Shown: piece after piece, positions 29,988 to 39,435 of the stretch
Position numbering within the stretch: position 1 is the stretch's first letter
Layout: each line of letters opens with the position of its first letter
Source of the DNA: Fibrobacteria bacterium
Lineage (GTDB): Bacteria; Fibrobacterota; Fibrobacteria; UBA11236
Assembly: GCA_043732185.1 (NCBI GenBank)
Contig: JAYTHY010000138.1
Coordinates: 1 to 48,477 of the forward strand
Direction of reading: 5' to 3'
Length of the DNA stretch: 48,477 nt
Program-made: the position numbers and the translations under genes
Notes under the pieces: model-generated
What the model was told of the DNA's origin: nothing
The model's input: only the letters and a program-made list of their open reading frames with translations
Database searches by the model: none

Positions 29988-30629
29988 CTAATTCCCGAAT
30001 TTCACTTCAAAAGGTTGTTCGAGGCCACAAAACGCCACCGGCAAGCCTCCTTTTCTCGCCGGCGTAAAGGAGGTTTGCCGCAAGGCTTCCCGTCCCGCTT
30101 GCGCCATCCCCAACCCCGCCGGTTTTTCGTCCACTACCCGCACATCATACGCTCTTCCGCTTGGGTCCACACAAAACGAAAGCACCAAGTACGCATCCTT
30201 TTCCGCCGCTTTCACTTCGGAAGGCGCGCGAAACGGTGGTGGCATATTTGGAGCAGGCTTTTCATCCACGTCCCCAGACTCACCTTGCGCCTCACCCCCA
30301 CCCCCGCTGGGCCGATTCACAATATCCACCGGCACGGACGCCCCTTCTAATCCCCCCACCGCCAAATCCATGGCAAACCTAGGCCCAGCCTTAACCGAGG
30401 CTTGCACTGGCTTGGCTCGTGTCGGCTCCTTCAACTTCCGCCGCGGCGTCTCCGTCTGCCGAGTGGACTCCAAAGTCTTCATACTCACCTGAGCCACAAT
30501 CCGCGGCTTCCCCTTACCCAGGCCCTCCCCACGAATCAAATGGTTCAGCAAAGGTATCGCCACCGTTACCGCCAGGCTCAACAGCAAAGCCACCACCCCA
30601 ATAAAAAAATTCCGCACCAAAACTTTCAA
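29988..30629 (-). CDS. tonB: Energy transducer TonB
   Basis: N-terminal TM anchor, linker and C-terminal VLSFCVDPSGRAYDVRV...FTPARKGG..V domain; exbB/exbD context; TTG start. Confidence 0.82.
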   Translation of the reverse strand: MKVLVRNFFIGVVALLLSLAVTVAIPLLNHLIRGEGLGKGKPRIVAQVSMKTLESTRQTETPRRKLKEPTRAKPVQASVKAGPRFAMDLAVGGLEGASVPVDIVNRPSGGGGEAQGESGDVDEKPAPNMPPPFRAPSEVKAAEKDAYLVLSFCVDPSGRAYDVRVVDEKPAGLGMAQAGREALRQTSFTPARKGGLPVAFCGLEQPFEVKFGN

Positions 30630-30850
30630 AAATTCACTCCCAACCCTTCCCGTTCCAACTCATTCCCCGCAATCCCCGATATCCTCTGCCATCTCCGCAT
30701 CCTCCCCCATTCCCATTCCCATTCCCTCCGAATCGACGCGCCGTTCCCAAAAGGCGCAAACAACAAACAGAGATAATCTTCTCCCCCTCTTCGTCCGTCC
30801 CTTCGCCCACGCAGACCCGTCCATCGGGGGGGCGCCCTGGGAAGAGGGGC

Positions 30851-30960
30851 TCTGGGGAGCTTGCACCCGCCGACCAGGCGACTTTGAGCGCGTCCATAGA
30901 AATTCACACAGGGGATACTCTAAGCGCGATTTCCGGAGCGGCGGGTGCGAGCTCCCCAGA
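30851..30960. repeat. 22-bp-arm inverted repeat (REP/MITE-like) in the exbD-tonB spacer
   Basis: TCTGGGGAGCTTGCACCCGCCG (30851-30872) pairs with CGGCGGGTGCGAGCTCCCCAGA (30939-30960), one mismatch. Confidence 0.8.
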
Positions 30961-30991
30961 CCCCATCTATTTAGAGCCCCCGCGGAGAAAG

Positions 30992-31399
30992 TCATTGCGA
31001 CATCGCCGCCACGGAAATTTTCTTCGCCCCCGCCAGATTGCTGGCATCCATCACCGAAACTAAAAGTCCGGTATTCGATTCGCGATCTGCAACCAATACA
31101 ATTTCGCCCAAGGCGTTTTCGGCCAGCATTCGGCGCAGCACATCCTGCAGGCTTTCCAAATCCACTTGACGGTTGTTCACGTGAATGGTTCCGTCTCGCG
31201 TAATGCCCACTAGAATGCTTTGCCGATTGAGCTCGCCCGCCGACTGCGCTTGGGGCTTGTCCACGGTGACACCTGTTTCCTTGGTCAAGGAGGAGGTCAT
31301 GATGGTAAAAATCAATAGAACAAAGACAACGTCGATGAGCGGCACCACATTGAGTTCAAAGCCACCACGTTTTTTGGTCTGAATCAGGAACGGCTCCAT
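30992..31399 (-). CDS. exbD: Biopolymer transport protein ExbD
   Basis: NVVPLIDVVFVLLIF motif, ADR, VMD; GGAGG RBS before ATG 31399. Confidence 0.92.
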   Translation of the reverse strand: MEPFLIQTKKRGGFELNVVPLIDVVFVLLIFTIMTSSLTKETGVTVDKPQAQSAGELNRQSILVGITRDGTIHVNNRQVDLESLQDVLRRMLAENALGEIVLVADRESNTGLLVSVMDASNLAGAKKISVAAMSQ

Positions 31400-31400
31400 A

Positions 31401-32036
31401 CTAGGTGCCTCCTTCTTTGGGATTGTAGATCTGATTGATAAGCATAGTGATGCCGTATTCCACTTGGCTTTGCATCCAGTGTACACGGCCTTCCAAGCGA
31501 TGTCCCAACAATATGAGAATAATGGCCAGCAGCAATCCGCTTTGCGTGGCTATCAGCGCTTCGGAAATTCCCTGGGCCAATAGCACCGCATTGCCGTTTC
31601 CGTACTCGGTCATAACTTGAAAGGTATGGATGAGCCCGCTTACCGTGCCGAGCAGTCCAAGCAGCGGGGCGGCCCCTGCCATGACCCGAACTAAAGGAAG
31701 ATGTCGTTCCAATTTGAACAGCACCATGGCCAATCGTTCGGAAAGCAAATGCCTGAGTGCGGATTCCGGTAAGTCGCGGTGTTCCAGAGTTAAGGAAAGC
31801 CCATACCGGACCAGTTCTGGCGTAGACTTGGCCATGCGCTGCGCGCCCGCCACGTCACCTGTTTTTAAAAGATCACGGACGTTTTCGAAAACCGGATTCA
31901 AATTTTTTCTCCACAGTCCGGCGCCGAGTTCAAAATAGGTTGCTAGAATCAGGCAAAACCCCCAGAACCCCACCAAGGCGATGGGGATAAGGACGAATCC
32001 TCCCTGCTTCCATGTTTCGTATATAATCGTGAACAT
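31401..32036 (-). CDS. exbB: MotA/TolQ/ExbB proton channel
   Basis: APLLGLLGTVSG and GISEALIATQSGL motifs. Confidence 0.92.
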   Translation of the reverse strand: MFTIIYETWKQGGFVLIPIALVGFWGFCLILATYFELGAGLWRKNLNPVFENVRDLLKTGDVAGAQRMAKSTPELVRYGLSLTLEHRDLPESALRHLLSERLAMVLFKLERHLPLVRVMAGAAPLLGLLGTVSGLIHTFQVMTEYGNGNAVLLAQGISEALIATQSGLLLAIILILLGHRLEGRVHWMQSQVEYGITMLINQIYNPKEGGT

Positions 32037-32040
32037 TCGG

Positions 32041-32073
32041 TTTCAGTTCTCTTTCAGTACTCTTTCAGTTTTC
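32041..32073. repeat. 11-nt direct repeat x3 just upstream of exbB
   Basis: TTTCAGTTCTC TTTCAGTACTC TTTCAGTTTTC. Confidence 0.8.
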
Positions 32074-32100
32074 TTATAGCTCAGCGTCCAATGGACTCAA

Positions 32101-33651
32101 CTAGCCTTTGGGCCAAAGCTTGTTAAGCACTTCCATGCTGCAGCTGCTTAATGTCGCATTGATGGTGTCGAGTTTTTCATTTAAGAAGCCGTGTATGAGC
32201 AAAACAGGGATGGCAATGGCCAATCCGGTTTCTGTATTGATTAAGGCTTCCGAGATGCCACCCGCTAACACCTTTGGGTCATTGGCGCCTAGTTGATTCA
32301 GCACTTCGAATAAAGTTACGAGACCACTAACGGTTCCGAGCAGTCCCAACAGCGGGGCAGCGGCTCCCATGGCGGCTATCAAGGGCAATCGTTTTTCCAA
32401 GGCCGGAACTTCGCGCAGCATGGCCTCGCGTACAGCCTTTTCGGCGACATCGCGATTCTGATCCGCATGCGCCGCTAGCGCACCAAGCGTCCGTGCCAAG
32501 GCACTGCCAGAGCGCGCACAGAATTCCGCAGCCTCGCGCCATTTGCGCTGATCGGCGAATTCAAGGAAGCGACTCATGAATACTCGTGAATTGGTATTCT
32601 TGCGAGCAAAGTAAATGAGGCGTTCCAGTATCATGAGCAGAGAAAGAATACCCACGGCGAAAAGGGGATAAAGGGTGACACCGCCGGATTTGAACCAGGC
32701 TGCGAATCGAGTTGTCCATTTTTGTTCCTGTCCTTTAACGAATCCGGAACCGATGCTTTTGTATTGCAGCACATCCACGGGTAGGACCAATTCGGATTTC
32801 CCCTGCGCCGCAGTAGAAATTGCGGCAGCCAAGGAAGCATTATAGCCTTCGGCCAAATCGGCGCGCCAGACAAAGGTTCGGCCTTGTAGGTTCCCGGTAC
32901 GCAAAAGGATTTGCGATTCTCCAGAATGGCCATCGCCGCCTTTTTCAAGTTCACCGACAAATACAGTTCCCAGTTGGAGATGCCAGGCTTCGGCTGGACG
33001 ACCGTTGGAGAATATCGCCTGTTTGGAATCGATGGACTGATTTAAAGTCAAATCGATGCGCAACATTCCCACGCTGAGAAAATCTCGCAAGGCTCCATCC
33101 GTAGCGGAAAAATCATCGGACCTGGAACTCATTCCACCCATACCCTTTGCGCCCGAAGCTTTTCCTGCCAAAAGTTCACTGGCATGGGAAAGTTTTAAGT
33201 TGCGGTCTTCCACAGCCAGGGGAATATCCACGGAAAGATTTTCCGCTGCCATATCCACGGATCGTTTGAGAGCGGCGTTGAATCCGTCCCAGCCGGATTT
33301 TACTGCATTGGCCTCGTCTTCCTTATCCTTAGTTTCATTCCGGGCTTTGATGAGGTCTTCTTCCGCGCGTGTGAGATCACCGGCGAAGCGCCCGTACTTT
33401 TCTTCCAATGCACGGGCTTTTTCATCGCTTTCCTTGGCATGAGCTGCTTGCCGATATCGCGCGTCCCAGCGTTCGGCTTCTTTTTTTTCCAAAGCCTCCA
33501 GCTTTTCCGCGCGGAGATTTTCCAAGGATGTCAATTCACGGCGAATGTCTTCCAACGCCTTCCGCTTTATTGCGTCCGGATCGTCCTTGGAGAATAAAGG
33601 CGACGCCACAATCGCGGTTGCGAAAAATAATTTCCATAAAGACTGCATCAC
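32101..33651 (-). CDS. Long ExbB-family protein with periplasmic coiled coil (TtpC-like)
   Basis: Signal peptide, coiled coil, LPVDV, then GG...PLLGLLGTVSG...GGISEALINTETGL. Confidence 0.85.
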   Translation of the reverse strand: MMQSLWKLFFATAIVASPLFSKDDPDAIKRKALEDIRRELTSLENLRAEKLEALEKKEAERWDARYRQAAHAKESDEKARALEEKYGRFAGDLTRAEEDLIKARNETKDKEDEANAVKSGWDGFNAALKRSVDMAAENLSVDIPLAVEDRNLKLSHASELLAGKASGAKGMGGMSSRSDDFSATDGALRDFLSVGMLRIDLTLNQSIDSKQAIFSNGRPAEAWHLQLGTVFVGELEKGGDGHSGESQILLRTGNLQGRTFVWRADLAEGYNASLAAAISTAAQGKSELVLPVDVLQYKSIGSGFVKGQEQKWTTRFAAWFKSGGVTLYPLFAVGILSLLMILERLIYFARKNTNSRVFMSRFLEFADQRKWREAAEFCARSGSALARTLGALAAHADQNRDVAEKAVREAMLREVPALEKRLPLIAAMGAAAPLLGLLGTVSGLVTLFEVLNQLGANDPKVLAGGISEALINTETGLAIAIPVLLIHGFLNEKLDTINATLSSCSMEVLNKLWPKG

Positions 33652-34583
33652 TTGGCTCCTTTCGCGGCCTTGGATTCACCTAAGACAATGCCCAGGTTAA
33701 GCGACACCAACTGGGGTGGGCGCTTGGCGGATTTTACCTCCAAGGCGGTGCGGATTAAATTCTTTTCCATAAAACTTGGATCTTCACGCCATTCCCAAGT
33801 CCAGGCGGGCGTACCATTGGCTGCGCTCGTGGTTGGCTTACGCTCAAGGACACCGAATTTTTTGCCTTCGTCATCCATGTATAAGAGCCACTGGTTTCCG
33901 ATTTTAAGCACTTGAGCGTTTACGACGTCCCCATTTTTACGGGTGATGGGCTTGTTGAATACGGCTATTTCATCGCCCGATTTCACTTCCTCTTTTACCA
34001 TGGCATTGAGGCGAGCAAAGCCCTCGTCTACCGAGGCGCTGCCGCTTTCTAAATCCTTTTTCAAAGACTTGGCTCGATCCAATCGCGATTCGCGATCCCA
34101 TGGCAAACTGTTTCCGATGCGTAACGTCAAGGAGTCACAAAAGCCTGCTACAGTGAGGGACAAGTTCTTTTGCCGGGCTTTGGTTTCCTCCGCGGAATTG
34201 ACATGCCGACTTTGTATGGATCGCTCTGCATTGACCTTGGCCTGAGCATCGTGCAGGCGGTTGAGCAAATCCTGATTTTCTTTTTCGCGCCGTTCTCGAT
34301 CTTTCGTCAATCGATCTTCGCTTTGGGAGGCACGCGCAGCCTCTTCCCTAAGCAATGAATCTGTCTTAGCAATTTCGGCATCTGCCTTGGCGATATCTTT
34401 TTTGGATTGAGCCATATCGGACTTCGCCTTTTGAATATCACTTTGCAATCGAATGGCGGCATCGCTTTCCTGAGCCCATGGTGTCAACGGCAAACAAAAT
34501 GCCGCTGCGGCCACTATGGCGACAAATGCCAGGCCACTACGGGCGCGCAGGGCGCTGGCTTTTGGACGTGTTGGTATTCCCAT
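33648..34583 (-). CDS. DUF3450-like periplasmic coiled-coil protein (TtpB-like)
   Basis: Signal peptide, coiled coil, SLPWDRESRLDR, LKIGNQWLLY, WEW and PPQLV; GAAGGA RBS before ATG 34583. Confidence 0.75.
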   Translation of the reverse strand: MGIPTRPKASALRARSGLAFVAIVAAAAFCLPLTPWAQESDAAIRLQSDIQKAKSDMAQSKKDIAKADAEIAKTDSLLREEAARASQSEDRLTKDRERREKENQDLLNRLHDAQAKVNAERSIQSRHVNSAEETKARQKNLSLTVAGFCDSLTLRIGNSLPWDRESRLDRAKSLKKDLESGSASVDEGFARLNAMVKEEVKSGDEIAVFNKPITRKNGDVVNAQVLKIGNQWLLYMDDEGKKFGVLERKPTTSAANGTPAWTWEWREDPSFMEKNLIRTALEVKSAKRPPQLVSLNLGIVLGESKAAKGAK

Positions 34584-34605
34584 TATGGTTTCCTTCTTTC
34601 TCTCA

Positions 34606-36318
34606 TTATTTGCACAGAGCCTCGCCGGGATTTGCCCGGCAATAGGCGTCCGCATTGCGACACAGCACTTCAGAAAGCCTGGGCTTATCTTTACAGTAAC
34701 TGACTAACCCCAGCTTGCATGGATTCGGTTCCCAATTGTTGTCCAAGCAGTAGGTCCAAAGGTTTTGCTTGCAAGAATTTGAACCCATGGTTTCCAGGCA
34801 CTGCGTTTTATATTCCGCACAAGTTGGATTGGCGCTGGTGAAATCATGCGCGATGCAGAACTGGGTTGAGGCTTGACGAAATAGCGTAGTGTCTTTCTTT
34901 GCGCTATCTGCCACGGGCGAGCAAGCCAATTTAAGTGGTATGTTGGTGTTCAAATCCGCCTCCAGGCACGCTTCCACCGCATTCTGTCGGCATTCCGAGG
35001 GAGCCCATGTTTTCGATTCGCAGTAACCGCGGTAATACTCCCGGCAATCTTTGTTGGATGACCAGCCTACGGTGTCGCAGTAGGAGGCGTGTGCGGCCGG
35101 CAGGGGGTAGGATTTGGTGAGGGGGTCGGTTACGATATTGACATCGAAAGAATCCGGTATGGCGCCGGCAAAGACCCCTTCGCCACCGGTGACATTGAAT
35201 TTGGGTTTGACTCTGGCGTCTGGGCCGTTTCCATCCAATCCATTGCTGGCCAGATACTGCGTATACGTCTGCTCGAATCCATAGAAGTAAAGTCGATTGC
35301 GTATAGTTTGAAACCAAGTGTTGACGACGCCCATGCTGTCCAACAGATTCCACCCCTGCCGACTCTTGGCATCCGGGTAGACTATCAAACGGCGAATGTC
35401 GCCGGGAAAATAATAGTCCCCGGGCTTGGGTGGAATTCCAATTATCGCGTCAAAACGGGTTTCCGGTCTCGTGCCTTGCGGATCAAAGCGTTGGGTAATG
35501 AGTACGGAATTCACATCGGATGAACGATCGCTGGTGTAGTAATGCGATAAGGTATTCAGCGCGCCATTCAAGTAGAAGAGCGTATCTCCTTCATGATAAG
35601 TGAATTTGTCTTTTTCCAGTAGGCCCAACAATCGCGCTTGGATTTTTGTCCCATTGACTTTGAAGTATCGCGCCAGCGCAGCGGTATCTGATTGGAGCTT
35701 TTGCAGGGTGTCCCCGTATTCCTTTATCATAACCGTCTGCACATTCGGTGGCAATTGAGCGAAGAATTCCAAAGTAAATACGTTGCTGGGGACTCCTCCG
35801 GTTTTTGCCAAGCTGGGCGCAACCGCAGTACGGCTTATCGAGAAACGGACGGGGACATGGGCGGTACTGGTTAACCGGGAGGTTACCTTGCGACCAGCGC
35901 TATCCCAAACTATCCTGGCCTCCAGCGTATAGGCTTGGCCCTTTTCCACCAAGGCTAAGGAATCGCCAATGAAACAATTGGGCGCGTGCTTTTGCGGCAA
36001 CAGTTTCATAGTCCTGACCGCACCATTAAAGCTTCCCGTAACCTGGACATCCGCGCTGTCATAGAAAGCAAAGGCCTGAGTGGCCTCTTCGGCTAAATCA
36101 AGCATGTGTTCAAAGCAAATCTGATTCAGCGGTTTGCCAGAAAGCGCATAACCGGAAAGATAAATGCCATGGAAGGTCGGAGGATTGGAGGGATAGAAGT
36201 CCCAGGGCCCTTGAATACAGGCGCTCAACAGGATCAAACCCAGGGTTGCCGCAATCCTGCCTACTCTAAGGCTTCGCGGGGCTTGACGCAATAACGATCC
36301 TTTAGAAGTAGTATTCAT
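34606..36318 (-). CDS. DUF4249-like lipoprotein with a 16-Cys C-terminal domain
   Basis: Lipobox LLSA-C; NVTGGEGVFAG motif; 16 Cys in the last ~160 aa; overlaps the receptor stop. Confidence 0.75.
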   Translation of the reverse strand: MNTTSKGSLLRQAPRSLRVGRIAATLGLILLSACIQGPWDFYPSNPPTFHGIYLSGYALSGKPLNQICFEHMLDLAEEATQAFAFYDSADVQVTGSFNGAVRTMKLLPQKHAPNCFIGDSLALVEKGQAYTLEARIVWDSAGRKVTSRLTSTAHVPVRFSISRTAVAPSLAKTGGVPSNVFTLEFFAQLPPNVQTVMIKEYGDTLQKLQSDTAALARYFKVNGTKIQARLLGLLEKDKFTYHEGDTLFYLNGALNTLSHYYTSDRSSDVNSVLITQRFDPQGTRPETRFDAIIGIPPKPGDYYFPGDIRRLIVYPDAKSRQGWNLLDSMGVVNTWFQTIRNRLYFYGFEQTYTQYLASNGLDGNGPDARVKPKFNVTGGEGVFAGAIPDSFDVNIVTDPLTKSYPLPAAHASYCDTVGWSSNKDCREYYRGYCESKTWAPSECRQNAVEACLEADLNTNIPLKLACSPVADSAKKDTTLFRQASTQFCIAHDFTSANPTCAEYKTQCLETMGSNSCKQNLWTYCLDNNWEPNPCKLGLVSYCKDKPRLSEVLCRNADAYCRANPGEALCK

Positions 36319-38779
36319 AGTTTACCAGAAATGGGAAAAACGGGAATTGGGTGATTTCAATGCGCGTGGGAGGATTTTCCTGCCGGTCATAGGAATAGAA
36401 AAAAATATTCTTGTGTCCGGTCAAATTGAGAATGGTAAAAGCAAAATTCCATTTGCCTTCCCGTCCCCAGTCGATGGCTTTGGCATCCCATCTAAAATAA
36501 GCGGGAACAAACGCTGCATTCCGATTGCCGCGGATTAGATTGAGATTGCCATCAAATTCCGGATTGGGTCCACCCGCCTGTTTGCCCTGATTTTGGTTCA
36601 GTAAATGTGCAGGCGTGTACCCGACGTATTCCGAAAAAGGCAATCCGGTGGCGTATTTGGCTTGCATGGAACTGCGGAGGTATTTCTTCTTTCCGCTTGT
36701 GCCCCACAATCCATCCTTGCCTCGCCAATTGATGGCCATGTCCGCCTTAAGGCTATGCGGTTGGTGCCAAGAAGGGAAATAGGAGTTCGGATTGAAATCT
36801 TCCCGGATGACGGAGGTACCGTTGGAGTAACTGATGCCGCCGAAGATCAAGCCTTCCGGCCTCCGTAAAGAAACCTCCGCGCCGTAACTATAACCCTTAG
36901 CTTCCTTGAACAAATCTCCCAGGGTAACATCCGCGTTATAGGTAATAGAGTCCGGTAAGTTGTTTGGAGCAAATATGAGCAAATGATTGAGGGTCTTATA
37001 ATAGCCCTCCAGAGTGAAGTCCCATTGGCCCAGCACCTTGTCTGCGCCGTAGCCGGCGGAAAAGAGTACAGAGGAAGTGGGATTTACAGTGCGATAGGTC
37101 ACTTTTTTAGCCGGGTAATAGAATTCATTCAAGTTTTCCTGATCGGCGAATTGGATGGAGTTGATATACTGCTGATAATAACCCGTGTGAAAGTCCACGC
37201 TCTGATTATGGGGCAGCTTATACTTGAGTGAAAATCGCGGTTCGATTCCAGGCTCATCCAAGGTGGAAGAATGCGTTAAACGCAAGCCAATAGTGGCTTC
37301 GGCATTTCCCAAAGTCCATTTGTCCTGGAAGAAAAGGCTGTTGAGCCAAAACTCGGTGTAATCGCGCAAGGTAATTTTTCCGATGAGTTGATCGTTGCGG
37401 AAAATGGTTTCCATTAAATTGAGATCCACGCCAACCGTGAGCCGGTGGTTATCAATATTGGAATATTCTACCGATTGCTTGTAGGCTTTGGTCACAATGC
37501 GGTTATAGAACTGAAAAATATTTTCCAGTCCAAACTTTTGGCTGAAATGGCTGTAAGACGCCGTGGCCTGAGTAGTGAGGTTTTTTCCCAAGGTGCCTGA
37601 ATAGTTCAGAGGCAAAATGGTATTGCCCCACTCCACCTTGAAGGGTGTGAAATCCAATAAGTCGCGACCATTATATCCTGAAAACAGGAAGCCTTTATCC
37701 TTGGCGAGGTCGTAACCCATATTTCCTTGAACGTCATAGAAGAAATAATTCAAATCCAAATCTGTGAGCCCATTATTCCGGAGCACTCCCAAAACTTGAT
37801 CGATATACGTTCGCCTGCCCGCTATGAGCCAGCTCACTGGACCCTGCCGTCCTTCAGTGTGTAGCTGACTGGCAAAAGTGCTGACCTTTATGGATGAACC
37901 TTTTAGCCAGGTATCCAAAGTATCCTTTCCACCTTTGCGGGATTTGATATCCAATACCGATGACAATCGGTTTCCGTATTCAGCCGGGAAACCACCTTTG
38001 TAGAAATTCACTTCATCGATGCCTTCCACTAGGAAAGTAGAGAATAGGCCAAAGAAATGAACCGGTGAATAGACGACGGCCTTATCGAATAGAATGAGGT
38101 TTTGATCGGACCCGCCGCCGCGCACATAGATTTTGGTCGAGAAATCGGAGCTGGAAACCACGCCGGGAAGCCCTTGAATGGATCGGATGACATCAGCTTC
38201 AGCCAAGCCAGGCATGCGTTTGATGAGTTTGGCGGAAACGGTCGATTTACCAAGCGAGCGTTTGGGCGCGCGCTGGGCTCGCACCATGACTTTTTTAAGC
38301 TGCACGGTTTGGTCCGTGCGCAAGGCTGCCGAAGCGGAGTCCGAGTCCGCACTGTCGGCGGAAATGGTTGCCGTAGCTGATGCATTGGAATCCGGCAGCT
38401 GCGCTAGCACAGCCATGCTTTCGCCCAAGTTGGCTGAGAAAACGGAATCACTTCCTGCATACCTTAGTTCGTAGCACTTTTCCATCCGACCCGTAACGGG
38501 TAGGCTACTGGAGAGCGTATTTCCGGTAGACGCTGGTGTGCTGAAACAAAGGTTCCAAATGGTGTCAACGGGAAGTGAAATGCGGAAAGGTGAGGAAGGA
38601 AAAACAGTTAGCGTGTCGCCGCTTTCCAGAACTTCCAAGCGCACGGGTTTGGAGGGTAGGAAAGCCGTGTCCTGCAAAGTGCCGACTAATTTAAAGCCGG
38701 TACTCGCTGCTTTATTGGCAAAGGGCGAGGTCACGGCTAAAAGACCAGCGAGGACCATCCATTTGCAACTCAAAAACAT
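36302..38779 (-). CDS. TonB-dependent receptor
   Basis: Plug motifs LPGV, YVRGGGSDQN, YKGGFPAEYGNRLSSVLDI; amphipathic beta-strands; terminal Phe. Confidence 0.93.
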   Translation of the reverse strand: MFLSCKWMVLAGLLAVTSPFANKAASTGFKLVGTLQDTAFLPSKPVRLEVLESGDTLTVFPSSPFRISLPVDTIWNLCFSTPASTGNTLSSSLPVTGRMEKCYELRYAGSDSVFSANLGESMAVLAQLPDSNASATATISADSADSDSASAALRTDQTVQLKKVMVRAQRAPKRSLGKSTVSAKLIKRMPGLAEADVIRSIQGLPGVVSSSDFSTKIYVRGGGSDQNLILFDKAVVYSPVHFFGLFSTFLVEGIDEVNFYKGGFPAEYGNRLSSVLDIKSRKGGKDTLDTWLKGSSIKVSTFASQLHTEGRQGPVSWLIAGRRTYIDQVLGVLRNNGLTDLDLNYFFYDVQGNMGYDLAKDKGFLFSGYNGRDLLDFTPFKVEWGNTILPLNYSGTLGKNLTTQATASYSHFSQKFGLENIFQFYNRIVTKAYKQSVEYSNIDNHRLTVGVDLNLMETIFRNDQLIGKITLRDYTEFWLNSLFFQDKWTLGNAEATIGLRLTHSSTLDEPGIEPRFSLKYKLPHNQSVDFHTGYYQQYINSIQFADQENLNEFYYPAKKVTYRTVNPTSSVLFSAGYGADKVLGQWDFTLEGYYKTLNHLLIFAPNNLPDSITYNADVTLGDLFKEAKGYSYGAEVSLRRPEGLIFGGISYSNGTSVIREDFNPNSYFPSWHQPHSLKADMAINWRGKDGLWGTSGKKKYLRSSMQAKYATGLPFSEYVGYTPAHLLNQNQGKQAGGPNPEFDGNLNLIRGNRNAAFVPAYFRWDAKAIDWGREGKWNFAFTILNLTGHKNIFFYSYDRQENPPTRIEITQFPFFPFLVNYEYYF

Positions 38780-38835
38780 TTTCGAACCTGTTCAGAAAGC
38801 GGTTTCATGTGAAAATGCGTCAACATAGCAATGGA

Positions 38836-39435
38836 TTAGGAACTGTGAGTTTTAATTGGCACGCCGATCCCCAACAAAATTTGGGCATACGAATTCCAAT
38901 AGAGGTTTCTGAATGCGGCTTCATCCATGGGACATTTTTTGGCAAGATAAATGGATACCAGACCATGGCTGTAGGCCCAAATGGTCATGGCCACGGAAAA
39001 CGGATCGTTTTTGCGAAAGTGACCGGATTCCATGCATTCCTGCACCCGGTCTATCAGAAACTGGAAGGTAGCCATGCCCTTTTGCCGCAATTCTTCCGGC
39101 TGGCACTCGGGGCCAATTTGATCCGGGGCCAGAAAAAGAACTTCGTAGTACTTGGATTGTTCCAGGGCAAAATTAAGATAGGCTTCGCCCCCCAAATGAA
39201 AACGCTCTTCGGGCGTTTGGCCCGCCAAGGCTGGGAACAGGTAGCTGCCAAAAACCTTGACAGCTTCGGCGATGACACTGTGGACGAGGTCTTCCTTATT
39301 GCGGTAGTGTCGGTACAGGGCTGTAGGGCTAACTCCCAGTTTTCCAGCGATAAGGCGCATGGAAAGGCCTTTGAGCCCCTTTTCCAGGTAGACGTCCACG
39401 GCGCAAACCAGGATCCGTTCTCGCAAGTCCGACAT
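38836..39435 (-). CDS. TetR/AcrR-family regulator with WHG-like C-terminus
   Basis: LSMRLIAGKLGVSPTALYRHYRNKEDL HTH; IWAYSHGLVS. Confidence 0.92.
   Translation of the reverse strand: MSDLRERILVCAVDVYLEKGLKGLSMRLIAGKLGVSPTALYRHYRNKEDLVHSVIAEAVKVFGSYLFPALAGQTPEERFHLGGEAYLNFALEQSKYYEVLFLAPDQIGPECQPEELRQKGMATFQFLIDRVQECMESGHFRKNDPFSVAMTIWAYSHGLVSIYLAKKCPMDEAAFRNLYWNSYAQILLGIGVPIKTHSS

Noticed and set aside
30660..30995. 111-aa ORF starting at an ATGA overlap with the exbD stop
   Set aside because: Runs through the inverted repeat and low-complexity G-tracts, giving an unprotein-like sequence; not fully excluded
31400..31486. Longer exbD start given by the ORF track (31486)
   Set aside because: It lies inside exbB; ATG 31399 has a GGAGG RBS
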